Made by a program: the position numbers and the translations under genes
Shown here: positions 1 through 8,705 of the stretch, piece after piece
How the letters are laid out: the number at the start of each line of letters is the position of its first letter
How positions within the stretch are numbered: position 1 is the first letter of the stretch
DNA from: a virus
Lineage: Duplodnaviria > Caudoviricetes
Length of the DNA: 64,000 nt
IMG/VR virus record: IMGVR_UViG_3300017722_002753
Location: 14,249-78,248 of that record
Reading direction: 5' to 3' (one strand)
Notes under the pieces: generated by a model
What the model was told of the DNA's origin: nothing
What the model saw: only the letters and a program-made list of their open reading frames with translations
Database searches by the model: none

Positions 1-84
1 CCTGTAAAAAACTAAGGAAAATAATTGATAAAATCAAGTCCTTTTGAATAATAAACGAAAAAAAAATTATTTTGATTTAGGATA

Positions 85-92
85 TATTTATA
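85..92 (+). promoter_or_regulatory. TATTTATA putative late-promoter box upstream of the tail tube gene
   Basis: One of 12 intergenic TATTTAT(A/T) boxes just upstream of structural, lysis or resolvase genes, or of the sRNA candidate (see findings). Confidence 0.55.
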
Positions 93-131
93 AGAAAGTA
101 AAAATAACAAAAAAAACTTAACAAATACAAC

Positions 132-620
132 ATGGCAGATTTATTAATGAAAATGCCGGCTCCATATGAGCCGAAAAGGGTTAACCGATTTATCGTTAGA
201 TTCGACTCATCTTTGGGTATCAACGAATGGTTCGTAACTTCAGCAGCTAGACCTAGTGCAAAAATAAACTCAGTTGCAATTCCTTTCTTGAATACCTCAA
301 CCTATGTTGCAGGAAGATTTGAGTGGAATGAGATTAGAATAACATTTAAAGACCCAATTGGTCCTTCAGCATCTCAAGCATTGATGGAGTGGTTCCGTTT
401 ACACGCAGAATCAGTTACAGGTAGAATGGGATACGCAGCTGGATATAAGAAAAACGTAGATTTAGAAATGTTAGACCCAACAGGTGTTGTGGTTGAAAAA
501 TGGAAATTAGAAGGATGTTTTATTACTGATTTGAACTTCAATGAACTTGACTATTCAAGAGATGATTTAGCTTCAATCACGACTTCTTTAAGAATGGATA
601 GATGTATCCAAATTTACTAA
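132..620 (+). CDS. Tail tube protein (T4 gp19-like)
   Basis: 162 aa with EPKRVNRF, GRFEWNEIRITFKDPI and VVEKWKLEGCFITDLNFNELDYS motifs typical of contractile tail tube proteins; first gene of the tail module. Confidence 0.88.
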   Translation: MADLLMKMPAPYEPKRVNRFIVRFDSSLGINEWFVTSAARPSAKINSVAIPFLNTSTYVAGRFEWNEIRITFKDPIGPSASQALMEWFRLHAESVTGRMGYAAGYKKNVDLEMLDPTGVVVEKWKLEGCFITDLNFNELDYSRDDLASITTSLRMDRCIQIY

Positions 621-645
621 TAATAAAATAATCTGTCATATAAAG

Positions 646-675
646 AAAGGTGTTATTCATATAACACCTTTTTTA
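646..675 (+). terminator. Intrinsic terminator after the tail tube gene
   Basis: Perfect 11-bp stem aaaggtgttat/ataacaccttt, loop tcat, followed by a T-run. Confidence 0.85.
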
Positions 676-685
676 TTTTATAAAC

Positions 686-716
686 TTTACTTTACAATAG
701 TTATTAGTTAAATTTA
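686..716 (+). promoter_or_regulatory. Possible host-type (Bacteroidota-like) promoter TTTAC-N18-TAAATTTA
   Basis: Resembles the -33 TTTG / -7 TAnnTTTG consensus and lies directly upstream of ATG 721; imperfect match in AT-rich DNA. Confidence 0.35.
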
Positions 717-720
717 GAGT

Positions 721-1470
721 ATGGAACAATTAAGAATAGACCCCTCAATCGCATACGACGTTGTTGAACTACCAAGTAAAGGTATTCACTACGCAAATAA
801 GAAGAAATCATTACGAGTTGCGTATCTTACCGCATCCGATGAAAACATATTAGCTGCACCAAGTTTGGTGTCAACAAACAGTGTTGTTACAGAATTACTT
901 AAAAGAAAAATTTTAGATAGGGACATCTCAATAGATGAGATTGTTGAGGAAGATAAACAAGCAATATTAATATTCTTAAGAAATACGGCCTTTGGTTCGG
1001 ATTATAAAATTACAGCAATTGACCCTAAAACAGAACAACAATTTACGTTCGATGTTGACCTTTCTTTACTTAAAGTGAAAGACTTTAATTTAAAAGAAGA
1101 TACTAACGGTGAATATGTTTATTTCATGGAAAGGTCTAAAAAAGAAGTGACCTTTAAATTTTTAACACAAAAACAAGAAAACGAAATAAAGGACATCGAA
1201 AAAAGTTGGGTAGGATTAGGTATAGCACCAATCATCACAAAACAACTTGAGATGATGATTCAATCAGTTGGTGGTGTTAGAGATAATATGTCAATTAGAG
1301 ATTTTGTTGAAAATTTACCAATTAAAGATTCACAAGATTTTAAGAAATACGTTAGAGAAAATAAACCTGGTCTTGATTTGACCCAAACAGCAACCACCCC
1401 GTCAGGAGACAAAATCCAAGTTGAAATTGGGTTCGGGGTTGAGTTTTTTCGTCCTTTCTACGGATTATAA
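721..1470 (+). CDS. Tail/baseplate assembly chaperone (T4 gp26-like)
   Basis: 249 aa; VELPSKG...LTASDENIL and a C-terminal FFRP-like end resemble gp26-like proteins; sits between the tube and tape measure genes. Confidence 0.65.
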   Translation: MEQLRIDPSIAYDVVELPSKGIHYANKKKSLRVAYLTASDENILAAPSLVSTNSVVTELLKRKILDRDISIDEIVEEDKQAILIFLRNTAFGSDYKITAIDPKTEQQFTFDVDLSLLKVKDFNLKEDTNGEYVYFMERSKKEVTFKFLTQKQENEIKDIEKSWVGLGIAPIITKQLEMMIQSVGGVRDNMSIRDFVENLPIKDSQDFKKYVRENKPGLDLTQTATTPSGDKIQVEIGFGVEFFRPFYGL

Positions 1471-1600
1471 AAAAGGACAATTAGACGAATTTTTATTCCT
1501 AATTAAAAGAGGTTTCACATATGGTGATATTCTCACAATGCCTGTATGGGAAAGACGTTACTATGTCAACTATTTAATAGAATTAGAAAACAAGAAATAA
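1439..1600 (+). CDS. Small overlapping ORF, T4 gp51-like; either TTG-initiated or the frameshift extension of 721..1470
   Basis: Missing from the ORF track. Frame 2 reads ...FFVLSTDYKKGQLDEFLFLIKRGFTYGDILTMPVWERRYYVNYLIELENKK*; MPVWERRYYV resembles the gp51-like MP(W)ERxxYV motif. The only ATG is internal, at that motif; upstream there are only TTGs at 1421, 1427 and 1439. Confidence 0.7.
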   Translation: MSFFVLSTDYKKGQLDEFLFLIKRGFTYGDILTMPVWERRYYVNYLIELENKK

Positions 1601-1602
1601 TC

Positions 1603-1610
1603 TATTTATA
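1603..1610 (+). promoter_or_regulatory. TATTTATA putative late-promoter box upstream of the tape measure gene
   Basis: Exact motif ending 3 bp before ATG 1614. Confidence 0.5.
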
Positions 1611-1613
1611 GTT

Positions 1614-3551
1614 ATGGCAGCACCTAGTGATGATTTAGTAAAACGAACCGCAATCCAATATGGAAATGAAGGAAAAAGTGTATCCCAATTAGATGATTGG
1701 TTGAGAACTAATAATGCAACACCATCTCAAAGTTTTAGTGCTGGAGTTGAATATAATAAAGCCGTTGCCACTAGAGCGGCATCTGCGGGTTCTAGAAGAA
1801 CATCATCATCAAGTTCATCATCAAATGTTGTAGGTAATATATCTCAAGGACTTCAAGGTGCTTTAGATGTTTTTAAATCAAATTCCGCATATGGTAATGT
1901 TAGTAAAGATAAAGAAGAATACAATATATCAAGTGTTTTAGAAACCATATCTAAAAACGGTTTATCTGTTAACACATTAATGAATGGGTCGAAAGATATT
2001 ATCCAACAAATATCAAATCAATTAGCAATTGAATCACAATTAAGAACCGATATTAATGAAAAAACGGGTCTTGCGGGTGATTTATCAAAGGACGTTAGAG
2101 AACAAATGGTTCAATCAACAAGTTTGGCTATGAGATTTGGTTATGGTATCGATGATATAACAGGTGCATATCAGAATTTAATAGAGGAAAGTGGTAGATT
2201 TAATGTGATTAACCAAACAACATTAGAGGGTGCATTAGGTGTTTCTAGAGCGTTTATTGGTGATTTTAAAGAGGTTGGTAAAGTCTATAACGAGTTTGAG
2301 AAAGTTGGTTTTGGTGCTAGAAGTGCAATCGAAGCAATTGATAAAGCTGGTAGAGAATCACAAGGAATTGGATTAAGGGGTAAAACCACAGTTAAAGACA
2401 TACGAGATAATATTGAAAAATTAAATCAATATGGTTTTCAAAAGGGTATTGATGGTTTAGCTCAAATGTCAAGAAAGGCCGCTGAATTTAGAATGAGTAT
2501 GGGTGAAGCTTTTAAGGTTGCAGAAAGTGTTATGGACCCCGATAAGGCAATTGAATTATCAGCAAATTTACAAGTTTTAGGTGGTGCTATTGGAGATTTT
2601 AATGACCCATTAAAATTGATGTACATGGCCACAAATAACGTCGAGGGTTTACAAGACGCATTAATTGAGGCGGCAGGTAGTTTAGCAGTTTATAATAGTG
2701 AACAAGGTAGATTTGAAATTACAGGTGTTAACCTAAGAAGAGCCCAAGCGATGGCTAAAGAATTAGGTGTTGATTATAAAGAACTCACAAGAGGTGCAAT
2801 TGCATCACAAGAAAGATTAGCTGCGAGTAGTGATTTAATGGCTAAAGGATTTGATATGAATGAAAAGGACAAAGAATTCCTTATTAACATGTCAAGAATG
2901 GACGGTGGTAGAATGGTTATCGACGTACCAAAAAGTTTACAAGAAAGTTTAGGTATAAAAGATACTCGAGTGGCATTAACGGATTTAACGGATACACAAG
3001 CACAAGCATTAAAGAAATATGGAGAAGACATGAGTAATATGTCTTCAGAAGAGGTTGCTAGAGACCAATTCGAATCAATCACCAATATCCAAAGAGATGT
3101 TAACGCAATGGTTACCATGGCGAGAATTAGAATTACAGGTGGAATTAAGGGAAAAGATGGTTTGGATATTGATAATATAACTGCGGGTCTAAAAGAACAG
3201 GTTACAAGATACACAAATGAAATTCAAAGCGGAACAAATGGTCCTGTCTTAGAGGGAATGAAAACTCAGATTCAAGGGGTAATTGATTTGGTTAAATCAA
3301 CAAACGCTGGAGGGGCGGCTCTTGAAGCGATAAAAAGTTTAGAAACAAAATTACAAACGGCTTCCGGTGCAAATAACCCTAATAACACTACCGCACCAAC
3401 CACACCTTTACAACCTAAAGAAATTAATCTTAATATGAAAGTGTCCGCTTCACAAGCAATTACGGATGTGGCGTCTCAAGCGTTTTTGCAAAATAAAGAT
3501 GTTTGGTCGGATATTTTAAAAAGACAGGAAAAGGATTACTTGTCATTATAA
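1614..3551 (+). CDS. Tape measure protein
   Basis: 645 aa, Ala/Gly/Gln-rich and helical-looking; canonical position after the tube and chaperone genes. Confidence 0.75.
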   Translation: MAAPSDDLVKRTAIQYGNEGKSVSQLDDWLRTNNATPSQSFSAGVEYNKAVATRAASAGSRRTSSSSSSSNVVGNISQGLQGALDVFKSNSAYGNVSKDKEEYNISSVLETISKNGLSVNTLMNGSKDIIQQISNQLAIESQLRTDINEKTGLAGDLSKDVREQMVQSTSLAMRFGYGIDDITGAYQNLIEESGRFNVINQTTLEGALGVSRAFIGDFKEVGKVYNEFEKVGFGARSAIEAIDKAGRESQGIGLRGKTTVKDIRDNIEKLNQYGFQKGIDGLAQMSRKAAEFRMSMGEAFKVAESVMDPDKAIELSANLQVLGGAIGDFNDPLKLMYMATNNVEGLQDALIEAAGSLAVYNSEQGRFEITGVNLRRAQAMAKELGVDYKELTRGAIASQERLAASSDLMAKGFDMNEKDKEFLINMSRMDGGRMVIDVPKSLQESLGIKDTRVALTDLTDTQAQALKKYGEDMSNMSSEEVARDQFESITNIQRDVNAMVTMARIRITGGIKGKDGLDIDNITAGLKEQVTRYTNEIQSGTNGPVLEGMKTQIQGVIDLVKSTNAGGAALEAIKSLETKLQTASGANNPNNTTAPTTPLQPKEINLNMKVSASQAITDVASQAFLQNKDVWSDILKRQEKDYLSL

Positions 3552-3603
3552 GTGGATGATAAAGTTTTTACCTAATAATCTATTTATAATAAAAGAATAA
3601 CTA

Positions 3604-6600
3604 ATGCCAAGTTACTTAAATTTCGACTCAACAAAATCTGAAAGGGACAAACTTTTAGCTAAGAATCTTAAGAATCCTAGCGGAGGACCCCAATTGTTTA
3701 CGCAAAGTAGTTATTCGGTGTCATCTCAGAATGAATTCTCGGTAAAGAATTCACCACCCGTTGATAGTAATAGAAAAAATGATTTAAGTCAACCAACAAA
3801 TCTTAATGTTTTTAAACCTGAAAATTTTGATATTTTTGAGACATTAGATACCTCAATTAGAAGAGCAAATTTAGAATTATACCCATATTTTAACACCAAT
3901 TTAAATCACACCTTTGTTAGTTTGTTTACGAATACTAATAATGCTGGTGATTCTGAATTAATAAAGTTCGCGTCAAATCATATGAGGTCTAGTAATGGAC
4001 CCGTGTTATCTAGAATTAGACAAAATCTAATAAAGGTAACCGATGGTAGAATGAGAATTAGTGAGGCGTTAAGTGGTGATATAAGTACAATATCAGATAT
4101 TGCTACGGGTAAACAACCCTTTATTTTACCTAACTATAAAATAACAGTTGCAAAAACCTTACCGGGAAAAGCGATTGATTTTGTACAAACAATTGCAGGA
4201 ATAACTTTTCCGTTTTCAGAAATACCTGGAGATTACCTATCTGACCCTGAAAACCCAACACCAAATTTTAGACCACAGGTAAAAACTGAAGTTGGTAAAT
4301 TGTGGCAAGATGTTACAGGTGCGTTAGGTTCATTATTAGGTATTCAAAGAAGGCCAAAATTATCAAGAAAACCATCTGATTTATTAATTGAATATATGGG
4401 TGAGGGTCAAAAACAAACCCTATATAGAAATTTATCATTTTCAAAATACGCTCCCGATTACACAACAAGTGCGAGGTCACAAAATTCATCCAAGATTTTC
4501 GCGTTTGCAGATAACTTCGCAGAAGGTGTAAAAAATATATTAGGATTGGAAGCACCAAGAGGTGTTGCATATATTGGTGATGATAGAGGTACAGACGTTC
4601 AATTTGCTATGTCAGATTTCAACGGTAGACCCGTTAGAAGTAGTTATTATTTGAGTTTAATGTTTGACCCTGTTGCCGCGGAATTGTTCCATAGAGACGT
4701 TAATATTAACGAAGGAGGACCAATCAGTGGTAACCTTACATGGATTAGTAAAAATTCACAAAACAAGTTAGGTCTTGAGAATATGGAGTATGGTGAAGAG
4801 TCTTCTAATTTAGAAAAATCTTTATCTACAAAATATGGTTTCAGGGAAGATTCAATATTAGGAGAAACACAAAAAATATTAAATTCTTTACCGTCTGACG
4901 GTTCAGGGTTATCACACGTTGCAAATATTATCGACCAAACAAGTAGAGCATTTAAAGATGGTGACATCTTAATGTCAAGAGGTTCGGCAGTTAAATATGT
5001 AGATAGAGCAACAGGAGAAGAAAGCGGTGCAGAATTTTGTAGAGTATGGACTAAAGATAGACCATATTTTAACTTCTCTGACACAATGAAAAGAACTGCA
5101 AACATTAGAAAGTTTGACGATAGTGTAATGGGAGGTACAAGTAGACCTTGGAACATTAACATGGGACCAATGTCTAATGGTAATAAATCTTTCGAAGGAT
5201 CATCAAATATTTTTGACAAATATAAATTTGGACAAGATTATAACGGTAAAAGTTTTTATGCGAAAAAATACATGTTCTCAATTGAAAATCTTGCATGGAA
5301 AACATCGACAAGACCAGGTTTTACTGTTTTAGATTTACCATATTGTGAAAGAGGACCAAACGGAGGTCGTGTTATGTGGTTCCCACCATATGATTTAAAA
5401 GTATCAGAACAAAATAGTGCGAAATGGGAAGAGAATACTTTTTTAGGTAGACCGGAACCAATTTATACGTACAACAACACATCAAGAAGTGGACAAATTT
5501 CATTTAAAGTTGTTGTCGATCACCCAAGTATTTTGAATTTATTAGTTAGAGAACATTTTAAAGATAAATCAGATAAGGATGCTGATGAATATATCAATGC
5601 ATTTTTTGCGGGTTGTGTTGATGTTGATTTTTATGATTTAATTAGAAGGTATACAACATTAGATGCTGATGATGTTAATTTAATTATTAAATTTTTAAAT
5701 TCGGGTAAAAATCCAGATGAAATACAAAAATATAAATCTGTTTTTACTCCACCGACAAGAACTAGTTCAACTACATTACCTATTGACCCGAACGCTGAGA
5801 CTATTAAATTAGATATTAATTTAAAGTTTTTAAACGATAAACCAGAAATCTCAAACAAGAAAGATTTTATATCTAACGAATCATATAAAGATTTATATGA
5901 TAATGTTATTAATAGTTCAGGAAGAACCGTTACTGAATTAACAAGTGAGTTAACTAAATTACTAGACCCAACAAATACAACATATAATAAAACAAAATAT
6001 AATAAAGATAGAAAACTTTTATATAACTCAGACCATCCGACTGGCGATATTACAGAAAATGTTAATAAAAAAGTTACAGATTTAACAACTGTAATTACAA
6101 ATGCCGTAACAGGTTACACAGATTTTAACACAAAATTAGAAACACTTAAAAATGATATAAAAGAAAAAACTTGTGGAGATGTTACAATAAACATCCTATC
6201 AAGTTGCTCTGCAGCTGCGGATAATAAATATAACTTTAAACTTTCAATTAGAAGATCACACGCAATAATTAAAAATATTTTATCTAAAGTTGCTAATGAT
6301 GGTGCAAAATATGGATCAAGAGACTGGTGGTCATTCACAGATTTACCTGTTGATTCTTCCAAAGAAAAATATGAAATTAAAAAAGAATTTTCATATAAGG
6401 ACGATTTAGGTTTTGAAAGAGAAGGTAAACTTATCATTATTAGTAAAAATGCGGGTGAAGAGGTTATTAACGAAAATAACCAAAATTGTCACAAAGAAGA
6501 ATTTGTGAGTGAAGTTTTTAGAAAACATTCACCAGTTGCATTTGGTTGTAGACAATCATATGTTAGAATGGAGTATCAAAAAACTCCTAAAAAAGAAGAC

Positions 6601-8385
6601 GTATTACCAATAGAAAATATATCGCCTGGAGAAGAAATACCAAAAAGTAGATTAATACCAGGAGAAAAAGTACCAATACCAAGTGATTATAAAAAACCAA
6701 CAATTGATGTAATGAAAAGAATTATCATGAAGACATTGTCTGAGTGTTATTATTTCAAAACAGTTGAGGAAAACACACCATTGGTATTCAAGTCGTTAGT
6801 TGAAAAGTTAAAATATTTTCATCCAGGTTTTCACTCAACAACACCTGAGGGATTAAACGCACGTTTAACTTTCTTACAACAATGTGTAAGACCGGGAGAC
6901 ACCATTCCTATTAAAGGAATTTCAGATGATAGTGATTTAAATGCGAGAAATACGACATTTGGACCACCACCAATTTGTGTTCTTAGGGTCGGTGATTTCT
7001 ATCACTCTAAAATTGTGATAAGAGATGTCAATATTACATTTGAGGACTCTACGTGGGATTTAAACCCCGAAGGAATTGGAGTTCAACCGATGATTGCTAA
7101 CGTATCATTACAAATTAACTTTATTGGTGGACAAGGATTAAAAGAACCAATATCAAGATTACAAAATGCGTTATCATCTAATTTCTATGCAAATACGGAA
7201 ATGTATGATGAGAGATCTGAATCCACAAATGAAAAAATAGGGGGTGTAGATGCCGCAGTTTTTACTAAGGATTTTTTAGAAGAAATAAACGCAAACGGAA
7301 AACGATTAAATGAAGTTCCTGATGATATAAATGGTAAAGGTATTAAAGAAGGAAGCTACATTGGTGAATATGTTAAAACAGATAGCACAAGTACAATTGA
7401 ATATAAAACATTAATAACAAATATTTTTGACAAGGTAAAAGATTATTTTGATACCTACCAAAAAACATACAACATAATAGTAAAAGAATACGGAACCAAA
7501 ATGGCGAGCGTATACTTCTCACCAAATTATAGGAGTGTTAAAGATTTAACTGTTCAAACAAGTGAATCAAATACAGAAAATGTTGAATTATTAGGGGCCT
7601 ATCCGTCAGGAAAAGAAATTGCGGTGTTAATGAGAGGTTTTAAAGCTGCGTTAGATTCAAAAGTGGAAACTTCAGACTTTGTTAGTATTTTAAATTTTAA
7701 TGGAATTTTACCAAACTCAATTGAAGCAAACGCAAATAAGTTATTAAAAAAGAAATTTAAAGAAATTTTAATTGAGGGAGATAATTCATTGGTTGGTAAG
7801 ATGTTAAGTAATTCATCAATCAAAACACTTGAAGATACAAGAAATGAAATAATCACATTAATAGATAAAGCAAACTACATTGTAAAATATAAAGAGGATG
7901 GATCAATTAGTGGTAGTACAGCATCAAGTGCATTATTTACGTTACCAGGAATCACAAGTAGTACAGAATTTTATGGTAAGTATTCTGATGTAATTTCTTA
8001 CATTAAGAAACACCATAAAGATTTTACTGAAGATTTAGATTTATCAATAAACTTTAATAGTTCATCTATTAGTGAGGGCAACTTTGAAGAGGTGTTAAGT
8101 ATTGTTATGAAAGACCCAATATTAATTGGTGATGTTATAGACGTGTTTGGAACCGAAGTTGACACTTCGAAGATGGAGAAAAAACTTAAAAAGTTTGCAA
8201 CTCAACCAGAAGAAAAGAAATTCAAGGCACATAAAGAAGCAAAAATTAAAACCTCATTAGAGGAGGTTATTTATGATATACAAACAACAGATACAATTAC
8301 TGACACATCAAAGAAAGGTGAATTAGAAAAAATATTTAAAAATAAAAATAAAGTAGGTTCTACATTAAATTACTATAAACCATGA
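3604..8385 (+). CDS. Large baseplate/tube-initiator fusion protein with a degenerate OmpA_C-like insert
   Basis: 1593 aa. Two tube-initiator-like segments (GRPEPIYTYNNTSRSGQISFKVVVD; PPICVLRVGDFYHSKIVIRDVNITF...PMIANVSLQINFIGG) flank an OmpA-like YNFKLSIRRSHAI motif. Confidence 0.6.
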   Translation: MPSYLNFDSTKSERDKLLAKNLKNPSGGPQLFTQSSYSVSSQNEFSVKNSPPVDSNRKNDLSQPTNLNVFKPENFDIFETLDTSIRRANLELYPYFNTNLNHTFVSLFTNTNNAGDSELIKFASNHMRSSNGPVLSRIRQNLIKVTDGRMRISEALSGDISTISDIATGKQPFILPNYKITVAKTLPGKAIDFVQTIAGITFPFSEIPGDYLSDPENPTPNFRPQVKTEVGKLWQDVTGALGSLLGIQRRPKLSRKPSDLLIEYMGEGQKQTLYRNLSFSKYAPDYTTSARSQNSSKIFAFADNFAEGVKNILGLEAPRGVAYIGDDRGTDVQFAMSDFNGRPVRSSYYLSLMFDPVAAELFHRDVNINEGGPISGNLTWISKNSQNKLGLENMEYGEESSNLEKSLSTKYGFREDSILGETQKILNSLPSDGSGLSHVANIIDQTSRAFKDGDILMSRGSAVKYVDRATGEESGAEFCRVWTKDRPYFNFSDTMKRTANIRKFDDSVMGGTSRPWNINMGPMSNGNKSFEGSSNIFDKYKFGQDYNGKSFYAKKYMFSIENLAWKTSTRPGFTVLDLPYCERGPNGGRVMWFPPYDLKVSEQNSAKWEENTFLGRPEPIYTYNNTSRSGQISFKVVVDHPSILNLLVREHFKDKSDKDADEYINAFFAGCVDVDFYDLIRRYTTLDADDVNLIIKFLNSGKNPDEIQKYKSVFTPPTRTSSTTLPIDPNAETIKLDINLKFLNDKPEISNKKDFISNESYKDLYDNVINSSGRTVTELTSELTKLLDPTNTTYNKTKYNKDRKLLYNSDHPTGDITENVNKKVTDLTTVITNAVTGYTDFNTKLETLKNDIKEKTCGDVTINILSSCSAAADNKYNFKLSIRRSHAIIKNILSKVANDGAKYGSRDWWSFTDLPVDSSKEKYEIKKEFSYKDDLGFEREGKLIIISKNAGEEVINENNQNCHKEEFVSEVFRKHSPVAFGCRQSYVRMEYQKTPKKEDVLPIENISPGEEIPKSRLIPGEKVPIPSDYKKPTIDVMKRIIMKTLSECYYFKTVEENTPLVFKSLVEKLKYFHPGFHSTTPEGLNARLTFLQQCVRPGDTIPIKGISDDSDLNARNTTFGPPPICVLRVGDFYHSKIVIRDVNITFEDSTWDLNPEGIGVQPMIANVSLQINFIGGQGLKEPISRLQNALSSNFYANTEMYDERSESTNEKIGGVDAAVFTKDFLEEINANGKRLNEVPDDINGKGIKEGSYIGEYVKTDSTSTIEYKTLITNIFDKVKDYFDTYQKTYNIIVKEYGTKMASVYFSPNYRSVKDLTVQTSESNTENVELLGAYPSGKEIAVLMRGFKAALDSKVETSDFVSILNFNGILPNSIEANANKLLKKKFKEILIEGDNSLVGKMLSNSSIKTLEDTRNEIITLIDKANYIVKYKEDGSISGSTASSALFTLPGITSSTEFYGKYSDVISYIKKHHKDFTEDLDLSINFNSSSISEGNFEEVLSIVMKDPILIGDVIDVFGTEVDTSKMEKKLKKFATQPEEKKFKAHKEAKIKTSLEEVIYDIQTTDTITDTSKKGELEKIFKNKNKVGSTLNYYKP

Positions 8386-8705
8386 GTAGGGATTATTTTG
8401 ACAGGTATCAGTTTTTCATAGAAGAAGGAAATTTTAAAATTGTCCCTGGTATAGAATTGCCGATTAAGGGAACTGACAAATATCTTAATTACAAAAAAGG
8501 TAAAACCAGATTGGATAAAGTTTCACAAGACTACTATGGTACACCTGTTTTTGGATGGTTAATTTTACAAGCAAATCCACAATCAAGTAGTATAGAATTT
8601 GAGATTCCCGATAATTTCTTATTAAGAGTCCCGTTTCCCCTAACAAGCTCTTTACAAGATTATAAAAGAGGTGTAGAATTGTATAACTTATATTATGGGG
8701 AGTAA
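8382..8705 (+). CDS. LysM-like baseplate wedge protein (gp53 / tail protein X-like)
   Basis: 107 aa; YKKGKTRLDKVSQDYYGTPVFGWLILQANP...LLRVP is the LysM-type tail motif; ATGA overlap with the upstream gene. Confidence 0.8.
   Translation: MSRDYFDRYQFFIEEGNFKIVPGIELPIKGTDKYLNYKKGKTRLDKVSQDYYGTPVFGWLILQANPQSSSIEFEIPDNFLLRVPFPLTSSLQDYKRGVELYNLYYGE

Noticed and set aside
1468-1475. A-AAA-AAG -1 slippery site near the chaperone end
   Set aside because: It lies at or after the TAA stop of the upstream frame and would give the wrong frame; the TTTTTTC site at 1444-1450 is the plausible one.
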